DNA from: a virus
Lineage: Duplodnaviria; Caudoviricetes
Length of the DNA stretch: 64,000 bases
IMG/VR virus record: IMGVR_UViG_643692013_000008
Coordinates: 1 to 64,000 of that record
Strand: one strand, 5' to 3'
This document shows, piece by piece, positions 18,186 through 27,420 of the stretch (position 1 is its first letter; each line of letters opens with the position of its first letter). Made by a program: the position numbers and the translations under genes. Under the pieces are notes generated by a model. That model saw nothing but the letters and a program-made list of their open reading frames with translations. It was not told the DNA's origin and made no database searches.

Positions 18186-18626
18186 TTATGCGAGTCGGAT
18201 CTTGCGCCCGGCCTCGGCGCTGAATTTCTGGGTGACCTTCGCCTGCCCTTCCCAGCTGCCGTCGTCATCCGGCGCGAGCGCCATATCGAGGTACTGGTAC
18301 TGGGAGACGGTCCCGTCCGGATTGTTGATCGTGTGAGTCAGAAAAATCGCCGCGGCCGGCAGCCCGGCATAGTACGCAGCCTCCGCGTCGGCGAAGTACT
18401 GCTCGTACGAGGGATCTTGGCGGTCGATCTCGAACGAGAGCGCATGGCCGTCAGGGACGGTTTTATGCAGAATCCGGCCGCGGATCTGCACGCTCTTGAG
18501 CTTCACGACGGCCGGCTTGGCCTCGAACTTCGTGATGCCGTTGATGGTCACCGTCCCGAAGTTGGAATCGATGATCGTGAGTTGCGCCCCGTCGCGCCCT
18601 ACGGAAAAATCGTTGGTGCCAGCCAT
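18186..18626 (-). CDS. Tail tube protein
   Basis: 146 aa immediately after sheath. Confidence 0.82.
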   Translation of the reverse strand: MAGTNDFSVGRDGAQLTIIDSNFGTVTINGITKFEAKPAVVKLKSVQIRGRILHKTVPDGHALSFEIDRQDPSYEQYFADAEAAYYAGLPAAAIFLTHTINNPDGTVSQYQYLDMALAPDDDGSWEGQAKVTQKFSAEAGRKIRLA

Positions 18627-18720
18627 TTGCGGCTCCTGATGTGAAAAAGCCGGCGCGTGGCCGGACAGAAGAAATGGACCGAACGACGACCGGCCAGCGG
18701 CATTCGCCGGCCGGTCGAAC

Positions 18721-20721
18721 TCAGGAGCCGTTGCTGACGGTCACCTGCACCGTCGAGCCGCCTTGTAGCGAGATCAGGAACTCCCGAACGATCGACTGGA
18801 ACTTGACCACCACCAGGCACTGCATCAGGCCGATCGCGACCTGCGCATCCGGGTTGTTCGACGCATCCAGCGTGACCTTGAACGGCACCGCCTGCGGGTT
18901 GTTCACGTCGCCGATGTACTGGCTTACCAGCCACAGGTTCGTCAGGAACGAGGTGATCGAATCCCTCACCTCCGTGCGCAGGTTGTCCGTCTGCGGGTTG
19001 CCCACCACGAATCCGTAATTCGCCGCCAGCGTCAGCGCCAGGAAGTTCGTCATCGTGGTGTACGCCTCGCTGTTCGTCGCGGCGTCGCTCGACACGTTGC
19101 GGTCCGTCTGGAAGGCGAAGTAGTTGCCGCCCGGCGCCGGGTTGGCCAGGAAGTCGAGCCGGGCCTGCACCGCCGAGAGGGTTTCCGGACCGGAGTACGG
19201 GACCTCCTGCACCGAGCGCTGCGTGCCCACGATGCCGAGAACCGGCTTGTTCAGCGTCGACTGGTTCGGCGCCAGGTTCGCGCGCATCGGCCCCCAGATC
19301 GTCGCCGGGCCGACCAGCCGCTGCACGTTGTTCAACGTGTCCTGCCAGTACACCCAGTCGCCGACCAGGCACTTCAGGCCGTAGGTGTCGACGCCGGCGG
19401 TGTTCAGGTTGGTCGAGACCGTCGCGATGGACTGCCCCGGTTGGCCTTGCGCCGCACCGAACAACCCGAACTGCTGGGCGAAGGCCGCCATCGTGCTCCA
19501 CTGGCTCGAGGTCGAGTGGTCCACGAGGTTCATGGTCTGCACGCCGGCGCTCTGCAGCGCGTACATGCCGGTCGGCGGCGTCGTGTTGGTGCCCACGAGC
19601 GTCGCGTCCGTCACGCCAGCCGCGCCGTCCGTGCCACCGCTTAGCGTCACCGCGGTCAGCGCCGGCGCGGCCGCCGACGTGCCGATGGTGGCCACCACCA
19701 GCTGCGACGGCCCGCGCACCCCCGACTGGCCCTGGTTGATCGCGTTGACCAGGTTCAACCAGATGCTGGTGGCGAGCGTGACTGCGCCGCCCGTCCCCGC
19801 GCCGCCGCCTGAGAGGGTCGCCGTGGCGCTCGTGTAGCCGTTGCCCGGGTTCGTGATCGACACGGGACCGAGGCCCCAGACGAGGTTGATCAGCGCGCCG
19901 GTGCCGGCTCCAGACGTCGACTGCGGCGCGGACGGATTGGTCGGCACCGAGCCGCCCGTCAGCGTGCCGCCGTTCGTCACGGACAGGGCCGTGATGGCGC
20001 CGGACGAGGCCGTCACGCCGAGCACCACGCCGTTTGCCAGCGTCACCGTATCGCCGGTGACGAACCCGCTCCCACCATTCGCGCCGCCGCCCGACACGTT
20101 CGCCGACACAACCTTCAGCGATGCGTTGCCAGCGGCCTGCACGCCGCCAGCCGCCTGCGGCGCCGAGATCGCCAGGTTCGGCACCGACGTGAAGCCGGTG
20201 CCGGGCGTGACGGTCGCGCCGCTGACGCCCTGCGTGATGTTGTCGAAGATCTCCGGCTGGAAGCCGGGCAGCGCCAGCGTCACCTTGTAGCTGTTCGGCT
20301 TGGTCCCGGTCGAGGGGGTCGCCACCAGGCTGTTGCCGAGCGAGCCCGTGTAGTAGCCCGTCAGGGTCGCTCCCACCGCGTTGGACGCATCCTTCAGCGT
20401 GCCCGTCGCCGCGGTGTCGGTGCCGTCCGTGACACGCACCGCGACGTTGTTGTACTGGCCGATCGCGAACGCGATGGCGATCGCCGTCGCGAGATCCCGC
20501 TGCCGGTTCGTGACGGCGCCCCAGTTCGACTGGTTCGCTTGCGGCGAGCCGGTCACCACCGGGCTGTTCACGGGGCCCCACGAGGCCACGCCGACCAGGC
20601 CGTAACCGTTCGTCGCGACGCCGGCAACCACCGGCGGCGGCTTGACGATCTGGACGTAGGCGCCCGGCGCCATCGCGCCAGCGGTGTTGAGCTGGCCATA
20701 CTGGTAAATCATCGTGCCCAT
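18721..20721 (-). CDS. Tail sheath protein
   Basis: PGAYV, GVASWGPVN and LSGGTDG motifs; inserted Gly/Thr-rich domain. Confidence 0.92.
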   Translation of the reverse strand: MGTMIYQYGQLNTAGAMAPGAYVQIVKPPPVVAGVATNGYGLVGVASWGPVNSPVVTGSPQANQSNWGAVTNRQRDLATAIAIAFAIGQYNNVAVRVTDGTDTAATGTLKDASNAVGATLTGYYTGSLGNSLVATPSTGTKPNSYKVTLALPGFQPEIFDNITQGVSGATVTPGTGFTSVPNLAISAPQAAGGVQAAGNASLKVVSANVSGGGANGGSGFVTGDTVTLANGVVLGVTASSGAITALSVTNGGTLTGGSVPTNPSAPQSTSGAGTGALINLVWGLGPVSITNPGNGYTSATATLSGGGAGTGGAVTLATSIWLNLVNAINQGQSGVRGPSQLVVATIGTSAAAPALTAVTLSGGTDGAAGVTDATLVGTNTTPPTGMYALQSAGVQTMNLVDHSTSSQWSTMAAFAQQFGLFGAAQGQPGQSIATVSTNLNTAGVDTYGLKCLVGDWVYWQDTLNNVQRLVGPATIWGPMRANLAPNQSTLNKPVLGIVGTQRSVQEVPYSGPETLSAVQARLDFLANPAPGGNYFAFQTDRNVSSDAATNSEAYTTMTNFLALTLAANYGFVVGNPQTDNLRTEVRDSITSFLTNLWLVSQYIGDVNNPQAVPFKVTLDASNNPDAQVAIGLMQCLVVVKFQSIVREFLISLQGGSTVQVTVSNGS

Positions 20722-20738
20722 CTAGCGGCTCCCAAATG

Positions 20739-20762
20739 CAAAAAGCCGCCGAAAGGCGGCCA
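20739..20762 (-). terminator. Intrinsic terminator before sheath
   Basis: GCCGCC-TTTC-GGCGGC + T5 on the minus strand. Confidence 0.72.
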
Positions 20763-20782
20763 GTTTGGCGGTGTGAGGTGGA

Positions 20783-20998
20783 TTACTGCGGGATTACCTT
20801 GCGACAGTGGTTGGCGTTCTCGCTGGCGAGCACGGCGGCCACCTCGCGGGGATCGGTGATTGCGTCGCCGCGACGGTAGTCGCCGAACGCGTGCACGACG
20901 ACGAGCGGACGATCCGCGAGGGGCTTCTTGTTGTTGACGTCGGGTTGTCCTTCGGCGGACTCAACAGCCTCGCCTTCCGTCTGATCATTCTTTGCCAT
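20783..20998 (-). CDS. Hypothetical virion protein
   Basis: 71 aa, AGGAG RBS. Confidence 0.65.
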   Translation of the reverse strand: MAKNDQTEGEAVESAEGQPDVNNKKPLADRPLVVVHAFGDYRRGDAITDPREVAAVLASENANHCRKVIPQ

Positions 20999-21006
20999 GC
21001 TGGCTC

Positions 21007-21849
21007 CTAATAAGTGCGTGTGAAGACCGGCGTGCCGGCCTGGGTTTCGACCTCGACTTTCGTGGCCACCACCGTCGCCACCTGCTCCGTTGCCGTCGTC
21101 GCGTACTCGATCTCGTAGTACAGATCGCGCCGGTAGACGTGCACCTTCTCAGCGACGTCGGACAGCACGTTGCGGACATAGCGAATCCGCGCGCCGTAGC
21201 CGTCAGGCATGGTGATGAACGTGATCGGCGCGAGCGCTTCTTTGATGGCGGCGCCGATCGCCTTGCGCGTCGCCGGGTCCGGCGCCCACACCGTGATCTG
21301 GAACAACTGCGCCTGCCGCTCCCACTCGGTGGTGACGGTGCCGGTCGTGCCCACGCGCGCCACCGCGGCCTCAACGCCGGCGGCCAGCGTGATCACCGGG
21401 CCGCTGTTCGTCGTTCCCGGGTACTGGGAGGCGATCAGGTTGGCGAGCCCGGTCGCGACCGAGGTCAGCGAATCAGTCGGCTGCACCGGATAGATGAACG
21501 CCTGGCCGTTGATCAGCGCGGCAACGTTGTGCGGCGTGAAGGGAGACGGCATCACGCCCCCGACGGTCAGCGTGCCGCCGGCTGCCGTGAGGGTCACTGT
21601 CGCGGCCGCGATCGACATGACCTTCTGCTTGGGCTGGTACCGCGTCGTGTTGCGCTCGGTCGGCGTCGCATACACGCTGACGTCGGCCACCCCCGTCGGC
21701 ATGTCGACGTCGATCTGGTTCGGCATCGGCCAGCCCGGGAAGACGTTGATGGCCTTCCCTGACACCGAGGGTTGCCCGGTGCCGTTCGGGTACACGAACC
21801 CGGCGACCTGCGCGGCCACGGTGTCGAGCACGTCCTGCACGTCTGCCAT
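21007..21849 (-). CDS. Tail terminator/completion protein
   Basis: Position upstream of sheath; 280 aa. Confidence 0.65.
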   Translation of the reverse strand: MADVQDVLDTVAAQVAGFVYPNGTGQPSVSGKAINVFPGWPMPNQIDVDMPTGVADVSVYATPTERNTTRYQPKQKVMSIAAATVTLTAAGGTLTVGGVMPSPFTPHNVAALINGQAFIYPVQPTDSLTSVATGLANLIASQYPGTTNSGPVITLAAGVEAAVARVGTTGTVTTEWERQAQLFQITVWAPDPATRKAIGAAIKEALAPITFITMPDGYGARIRYVRNVLSDVAEKVHVYRRDLYYEIEYATTATEQVATVVATKVEVETQAGTPVFTRTY

Positions 21850-22203
21850 TTACGCCTCCAGCCGCTCCACGAGCAGGTTCGGTCCCAGCGAATTCACGTA
21901 CGGCGCCCAGACCTGGTAGCGCTGGCCGGCGTCGTCCGTGACGATGTCGCCGCGCAGCACCGCGCCGGCCGGCACGCCGGCGGACAGCGGCATGAACACG
22001 CGCCAGATCGATCGGCTACGGGCGTCCGCCGGCAGGTTGGCGTCCGGCTTCGCGCTGGTGCTGGTCTGCTGGATCGACGCCGGCAGGCCGCTGAACAGCA
22101 CCTGCTCAGCCACCGGATCGGCGCCACTGTAGGGCTTCAGGCCGCCGGCCGTCGAGACCGCCTGCCGGCTGATCGAGATGGTTCTCGGGTACATGAAGCT
22201 CAT
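21850..22203 (-). CDS. Head closure (stopper) protein
   Basis: 117 aa beta-rich, GDIVTD...Y motif; synteny. Confidence 0.65.
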   Translation of the reverse strand: MSFMYPRTISISRQAVSTAGGLKPYSGADPVAEQVLFSGLPASIQQTSTSAKPDANLPADARSRSIWRVFMPLSAGVPAGAVLRGDIVTDDAGQRYQVWAPYVNSLGPNLLVERLEA

Positions 22204-23138
22204 GACCAGGCCTTCGCCATGTAGGGAGCCAGCATCGCCTTCGTGTCGTCATCGATCAGCGTCGCCGCGAACCGCTCGAGCGAAGTGTCGCCAGCCTGGT
22301 ACTTCTTCGTCGCGCCGAGCTGCATCGAATTCGCCTTCGCCTGGATGATGTTGGCGCACGCCATCTTCACCGCCGGCGGCAGGCCGGACGCCGGGAAGCC
22401 GGCGACGTACCAGAGGTTGACCTCGCTGTAGTACGCCAGCATCACGCCGGCCGGCACCCAGACCTGCCCCGTCTCGAAGTCCACGCCGGTGTTCACCATC
22501 GGGAAGAACTCCCACACCGGCGGGCCGCCGAAGTGCGACAGCGACGCTATGAGGTTGAACTCGTCCACCTGGTATCGCGAGGATGCACCGCGCCGCCCGT
22601 AGGCGTACCGTCCTTGGCCGGCCAGCAGTCGGGCGATTGGGGTGAAAGCCAAGTTCGTGAGCGGCCGGCCCTCCGGCAGGTACTTGTGCTGCTTCACGAC
22701 CATGCCGGCATCGAGCGTGCACGGGCCCGGGTGGTCGAACACCACGTTCTGGAGGATCACGGTCACGGGCGGCTTCACGCCGGCGATCGACTGCAGCCCG
22801 TCGCCGAAGGAGACGATCGCCACCGGCTCGGCCAGTTGACTGTTCTCGCGGTCCAGAATCACCACGTCACCCACCTGCAGCGCGGCCACGCCACCCGTTA
22901 TCTCGACTTGCACGTTCTGCCCCGCCGGGATCGGGCCGGCCGCCTGGTAGGTGATCGTCGGCGACATCGCCGCCATCCACCCCGGCGCGCCAGTGCCGTC
23001 GGGCATCCACACGAGGCCGTCCGGGCGCTTCAGGTACAGATCGATGATGGTCGAGGCCTGCGTCACCTGGTTGGCCGTCGTCGACGCGGGAAGGCCGTAG
23101 GTCGTGTAATCGGCATCCGAGAGGTAGGAAGACGGCAT
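22200..23138 (-). CDS. Head-tail adaptor/connector
   Basis: YVAGF...LPPAVKMAC...LAPY motif. Confidence 0.72.
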   Translation of the reverse strand: MPSSYLSDADYTTYGLPASTTANQVTQASTIIDLYLKRPDGLVWMPDGTGAPGWMAAMSPTITYQAAGPIPAGQNVQVEITGGVAALQVGDVVILDRENSQLAEPVAIVSFGDGLQSIAGVKPPVTVILQNVVFDHPGPCTLDAGMVVKQHKYLPEGRPLTNLAFTPIARLLAGQGRYAYGRRGASSRYQVDEFNLIASLSHFGGPPVWEFFPMVNTGVDFETGQVWVPAGVMLAYYSEVNLWYVAGFPASGLPPAVKMACANIIQAKANSMQLGATKKYQAGDTSLERFAATLIDDDTKAMLAPYMAKAWS

Positions 23139-23139
23139 G

Positions 23140-23532
23140 TCAGGAAGCCTGGAAAAGCCCTTGGACTGCGGAGAGCGTCGCGGCCGAGCCGCTGGAGTTC
23201 GTCACCGTGACCTGCACGCTGGCGAACGGGAGGCCGTCCGTGCCGACGGTCGCAGACGCTGCGGTGTTGGCGGTCAGCGCAGCCGTCACCGCCGCCCCTT
23301 GAGGTATGGTGCCCGCGAGGTCGAGGAAGCGCTGGACGCTGATCTGGCCGGCCTGCGTGCTCTTCAGACCGACCGAGAACAGCTTCCAGCCGTTCGACAC
23401 CAGGGCGGGACCTGCCAGACTGCCGTTGGGCGGCACGTTGCCGGTGAGGCCGAGCTGCGCAGCGCTCTGCAAGCACTGCAGCGCGGGCCCGAGTTCGCCA
23501 CCGACGCCAGAGATATCGGATCGTTGCGTCAT
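23140..23532 (-). CDS. Hypothetical virion protein
   Basis: 130 aa, ATGA-coupled in the head operon. Confidence 0.65.
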   Translation of the reverse strand: MTQRSDISGVGGELGPALQCLQSAAQLGLTGNVPPNGSLAGPALVSNGWKLFSVGLKSTQAGQISVQRFLDLAGTIPQGAAVTAALTANTAASATVGTDGLPFASVQVTVTNSSGSAATLSAVQGLFQAS

Positions 23533-23813
23533 TGCGAGGCCAGCATGATGTGGGTGCGGACGCGCTCGTCGTGCACCTCGAGCCGCTTCGCCATCGCGAG
23601 GTCCGTCATGATCGGCGAGCGCTGCGCGACGCCCTTGTCGATCAGGTAGTTGCCAACGTTGGTCGGCACGTCCTTCGCCTTCCCGTCGATGAACTGGACC
23701 GTGAAGGTGATCGGATTCCCGTTTTCGGCGAGGAAATCCGACGTCGGGAATTCCTTGCCGGGCTGGCAGATCACGAGGTGATCACGCTTGCCGGTGGTGA
23801 GGTAGAGGTTCAT
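23529..23813 (-). CDS. Hypothetical protein downstream of capsid
   Basis: 94 aa, GAAGGG RBS. Confidence 0.65.
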   Translation of the reverse strand: MNLYLTTGKRDHLVICQPGKEFPTSDFLAENGNPITFTVQFIDGKAKDVPTNVGNYLIDKGVAQRSPIMTDLAMAKRLEVHDERVRTHIMLASQ

Positions 23814-23894
23814 GTCGCCCTTCAGGGGAGAGAAAAGAAAACGGGCGCCTGCTCGCACAGGCGCCCGATTCGACCGCTGCTACTGCTGGGCCGG

Positions 23895-24953
23895 TCAGTT
23901 GCTGACGACCGCCACCACCGCGTGGGCGTAGCTGTAGCCCTTGAACAGCAGCGCGTCGAACTGCACGCCGACGAACTGGCCGGCCAGGTTGCCGGTCAGG
24001 CCGAGCTGGAAGATGCGCGGCTGGCCGTTGGTGCCCTTGCCGATGTACACCACCTCGACCATCGGCATCGTCAGGATCGCCGCGTAGTAGTTGCTCAGGC
24101 CATTCGGCGGATTCGCGAAGCCATACTTGCCGGTCGTGTCGGTCGGCATGTACGGATCCGGGATCAGCGGCAGCTCGCCCGCCTGCGTGGCCAGGTACTT
24201 CACGGTCACGCCCGCGACGATCTCCTTCGTGCGCAGCTCGATGTGGGACGCTTTCGCTTCCTTCTCGATCTTGTCGATCAGCAGCGGGTTCAGCCCGATC
24301 GCCGTCGGCTTCGGCTTGAAGATCTTGTTCGCCATCATCGTGGCGACCATCGTCTTCAGGCCGTCGATGATCGAGGAGCCGTACGGGATCGTGGCCTGCT
24401 GCGTGATCTGCTCCAGGCCGCCGACCCATTGCAGCGTGGTCGGCATCAGCAGCGACGTGTCCGTGCCGGCCCAGTACATGTTGGCGCGCCAGACGATGAT
24501 CGCCGTGAGGATGTCCTCGACGTCCTTCGCCTGCAGCGTCGCGAACTGGCCCTGCTGCTCGGTCACGTCGCGGTCGAACAGCGAGAGGTTCGACTGGGCG
24601 ACGGTCGCCTTGATGAACGCCGCACGCTCGACGCGCGTCGGGCCCGTCGGGGTGGCCGCGAGGTTGCGCGGATCGTTCGAGCTCGCGGTGGCGATCGCGA
24701 TCTGCTCGAAGTAGCGGTGCGGGTGGCCCGTCGCCGGGTTGTGCTCCGTGATGGCCAGCATCGGCGATTCGCGACGGATCAGGTCGACGATCTCGCGTTC
24801 GAACACCGGCACTTCGAGAGCGCCGGGGCCGCTGTAGTCGGCCGCGGCCGACAGTGCTTGCACGGTGTTGCCGCTGGCGCCGAGCACGTTGCCCAGTGCG
24901 AGCAGCGCGTCGTCGGTGGACGTGTCCGCCGAACGTGCGATGAGTTTGCTCAT
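23895..24953 (-). CDS. Major capsid protein
   Basis: 352 aa after scaffold/protease, strong RBS, followed by a terminator-like hairpin (23833-23867). Confidence 0.82.
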   Translation of the reverse strand: MSKLIARSADTSTDDALLALGNVLGASGNTVQALSAAADYSGPGALEVPVFEREIVDLIRRESPMLAITEHNPATGHPHRYFEQIAIATASSNDPRNLAATPTGPTRVERAAFIKATVAQSNLSLFDRDVTEQQGQFATLQAKDVEDILTAIIVWRANMYWAGTDTSLLMPTTLQWVGGLEQITQQATIPYGSSIIDGLKTMVATMMANKIFKPKPTAIGLNPLLIDKIEKEAKASHIELRTKEIVAGVTVKYLATQAGELPLIPDPYMPTDTTGKYGFANPPNGLSNYYAAILTMPMVEVVYIGKGTNGQPRIFQLGLTGNLAGQFVGVQFDALLFKGYSYAHAVVAVVSN

Positions 24954-25002
24954 GACTTTTCCTGTAGCTGTAGGGGCTGGATTGAGGGCGAACGAGCCGC
25001 GC

Positions 25003-26466
25003 TTACTTGCGCAGCAAGCCGTCGGCGGCGATCTTCTGCTTCGCGGCGATGCGGGCGGTGATGCTCGTCACCCCGGCCGCCTTCAGCGTCGCGTCGATCT
25101 GCTCTTCGGTGATGCCCTCCTTCTTCTGCTCGTCCGTGAGCGTGAGACCGCCCTTGGCCAGCAGCGCGATCGTCTCCGACGAGATCGTGCGGCGCTGCGG
25201 TGCCTCGGCGCCCTTGAACGCCGCGGCCTTGAGATCGGTCAGTTGCGTGCCCAGCGCGGCGAGCGTGTCGGTGATGCCCTTGATCACCGGGTTCTCGGCG
25301 GTGAGGCCCGACGCGTCGGCCGGCTTCGCGCGCGCGGCTGCAGCCGCCGCAGCGGCCGCGAGTTCGGCCGGATCGCTCGAGGCGGAGAAGCCCCAGTCGT
25401 GGTCGCGGTAGATGTGCGGCAGGTGGCCGCCGGCCGCCTCGGCTTCCATGCTCGCCGCCATGTGGTGCAGCACCTTCACGTGCCCGCGCGCGCTGTGCAG
25501 GCCGATGCCGGCCGCTTCCATCGCGGCCGCGCAGTTGCGCAGCGCCGTCGCGTGCGGCGCGACGCGCTCGCGCATCGCGGCGTTCGCGTGCACGGCGGTT
25601 TCCGTCGAAGCCTTCAGCGCGGCGACCTGCGCGGTCACGTCGGTGATCTGCTTCGTGATCGGACCCAGCGCGCCGGCGAGCAGCGCTTCCATTTCTTCCT
25701 TGTTCATCTCGATATCCTGTTCGGCCTGAGCGGCCAGAGACGTTGACTGATAGGCGGCCTTGTCCTTGTAGAGGACGGCGGCCCCGGTGAACACGCAGCT
25801 CACGATCTGAAGCAGGTCACCCATCGGGCGAGTTTGAGCCCGGACTTCGTAGCTGAAGCCCAGGTCCTCTTTCTCTTCCTGAATGCGGGCGCATTCCTGC
25901 GGAAAGTCCGCGGCGTAGAAAAAGCCTTCGATCCGCACCTCGTCGCCGACGATCTCAGCGCTCGTGATGACCCCGATCTTCTGGGTGACGTCGTGGGCGC
26001 TTAGGTCGTCGGAGAAATCGACAGCCATGCCGAGCAGGCTCCCGAGAGCCTTCTCGGCAACATCCTTCGGCAGGTAGGTGCGCTTGCCGCCAGATCCACC
26101 CGGAGGCAGATCGGACGGCTGGTTGACGAACGTGAGCACGCCGGAGAACGGCATGCGGTTCGGGTGGTCGGTGACCTCGGGAACATTCAGCGACATGCCC
26201 CAGAGCGTCATCGCTGTAGCAGCGGCCAGCGCAGCAGCGCGGACCGCGTGCCAGCCGGTGGTGTCGATGCCGAGTTCCTTCGCGCGCCGCCGGATGTTGT
26301 CTCGCGCCTCACGGCGCTCGGTATCGCTCAGGCCTTGCGTGCGGTCGACCATGTCCCATGCGAGCCGCGTATGCGGCGCATCATGGATCGGCAACTTGCG
26401 CTTGCCCGGCACCGCGAACTGGTCGGCGGGGAGCTTGTCCCGTTCTTCTTTCGACAGCGACATCAT
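25003..26466 (-). CDS. Prohead protease/scaffold with DUF6582-like N-terminus
   Basis: ERDKLP..FA.P..RKLPIHD N-domain; GFSYE/FTGAAVL protease-like core; Ala-rich scaffold tail. Confidence 0.75.
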   Translation of the reverse strand: MMSLSKEERDKLPADQFAVPGKRKLPIHDAPHTRLAWDMVDRTQGLSDTERREARDNIRRRAKELGIDTTGWHAVRAAALAAATAMTLWGMSLNVPEVTDHPNRMPFSGVLTFVNQPSDLPPGGSGGKRTYLPKDVAEKALGSLLGMAVDFSDDLSAHDVTQKIGVITSAEIVGDEVRIEGFFYAADFPQECARIQEEKEDLGFSYEVRAQTRPMGDLLQIVSCVFTGAAVLYKDKAAYQSTSLAAQAEQDIEMNKEEMEALLAGALGPITKQITDVTAQVAALKASTETAVHANAAMRERVAPHATALRNCAAAMEAAGIGLHSARGHVKVLHHMAASMEAEAAGGHLPHIYRDHDWGFSASSDPAELAAAAAAAAARAKPADASGLTAENPVIKGITDTLAALGTQLTDLKAAAFKGAEAPQRRTISSETIALLAKGGLTLTDEQKKEGITEEQIDATLKAAGVTSITARIAAKQKIAADGLLRK

Positions 26467-26474
26467 CGGCTCCG

Positions 26475-26729
26475 TTACAGCGACTTGACGCGTTCCAGCA
26501 GCTCGAGCGCATCCTGAGCTGCGGGCGTGCGAGCAGCCTGGCCGGCTGCAAACTTCGCGCCGGCCAGCGCCACCACCACCGGGTGGAGCACCTGGTACGC
26601 CGCGTGATCGCCGTCCGTCAGCGCCTTTTCCGCGACCTTCTCCAGCGCCTGGTACAGGCTCGACGCCTTCTCGGGCTGTTTCGCCTCGGCGGCCGCGCCC
26701 TTCGCGGCATCGGAATTAGCTTTCGCCAT
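26475..26729 (-). CDS. Hypothetical protein
   Basis: 84 aa, AGGAG RBS. Confidence 0.65.
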   Translation of the reverse strand: MAKANSDAAKGAAAEAKQPEKASSLYQALEKVAEKALTDGDHAAYQVLHPVVVALAGAKFAAGQAARTPAAQDALELLERVKSL

Positions 26730-26779
26730 GGAAGCTCCTATTGGCGCGCCCGGTCAGGCGCGCGTGTCGACGTGGTGGA

Positions 26780-26989
26780 TCAGGTCAGCGCGGTGATCTG
26801 CGCGTTGATCGCGGTCAGGTTCGAGCCGGCCGGCAGGAAGTCGGCGATCGCGTTGAGCACCTGAATCGCGTCGGCGACCTTCTCGGCGGCGAAATTCAGC
26901 ATGCCGGGCAGATCCTGGCCGTTGGCAGCGGCCGTCGAGGTTTCCGCCGTGAGCGGCGTGATGGCGAGGATGGAAGTACGGACGCCCAT
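26780..26989 (-). CDS. Hypothetical protein
   Basis: 69 aa, AGGAG RBS. Confidence 0.65.
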   Translation of the reverse strand: MGVRTSILAITPLTAETSTAAANGQDLPGMLNFAAEKVADAIQVLNAIADFLPAGSNLTAINAQITALT

Positions 26990-27046
26990 GGCGTTCTCCT
27001 GTGCGTGGAAGATGAAACGAAGGGGCGCGCACGAGGCGCGTGGGGG

Positions 27047-27355
27047 TTACGCGAAGATGGTGATGTCGACGGTGCCGGCGGCCAGGGTGTTCGCCGCCAG
27101 GCGCGGGTTCAGCACCACGCTGAAGCCAGTCTGGCTCTTGCTCGTCACGTAGGCGACGGCGTCCTGGTTCGGCGTGACCTGCACGCTGTACGTGGCCGGC
27201 AGCGCCAGACCGGTGATTGCGGTGGTCACAGCCGCACCTGCGCCCGAGCCGGCCGCGGTGGCGACAGCCGTGAGCAGCGCCACGGCGACGCGATCCGGCT
27301 GCGCCGGGGGATTGCTGCCGGGCAAGACTTCGACGGTATGGATGGGAAGGCCCAT
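27047..27355 (-). CDS. Possible capsid decoration protein
   Basis: 102 aa beta-rich, AGGAG RBS, head operon. Confidence 0.6.
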   Translation of the reverse strand: MGLPIHTVEVLPGSNPPAQPDRVAVALLTAVATAAGSGAGAAVTTAITGLALPATYSVQVTPNQDAVAYVTSKSQTGFSVVLNPRLAANTLAAGTVDITIFA

Positions 27356-27420
27356 GAATGCTCCTGTGAGGGCGAACGCCCGAGGGGTTGCCTTGCGGCG
27401 GGGTGCAGGCGTTCGGCCTG

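Noticed and set aside
9859-21849. Dedicated tailocin/eCIS/T6SS locus
   Set aside because: Capsid, terminases, replication genes and att sites are present; it is a prophage tail (portal frameshift noted separately)
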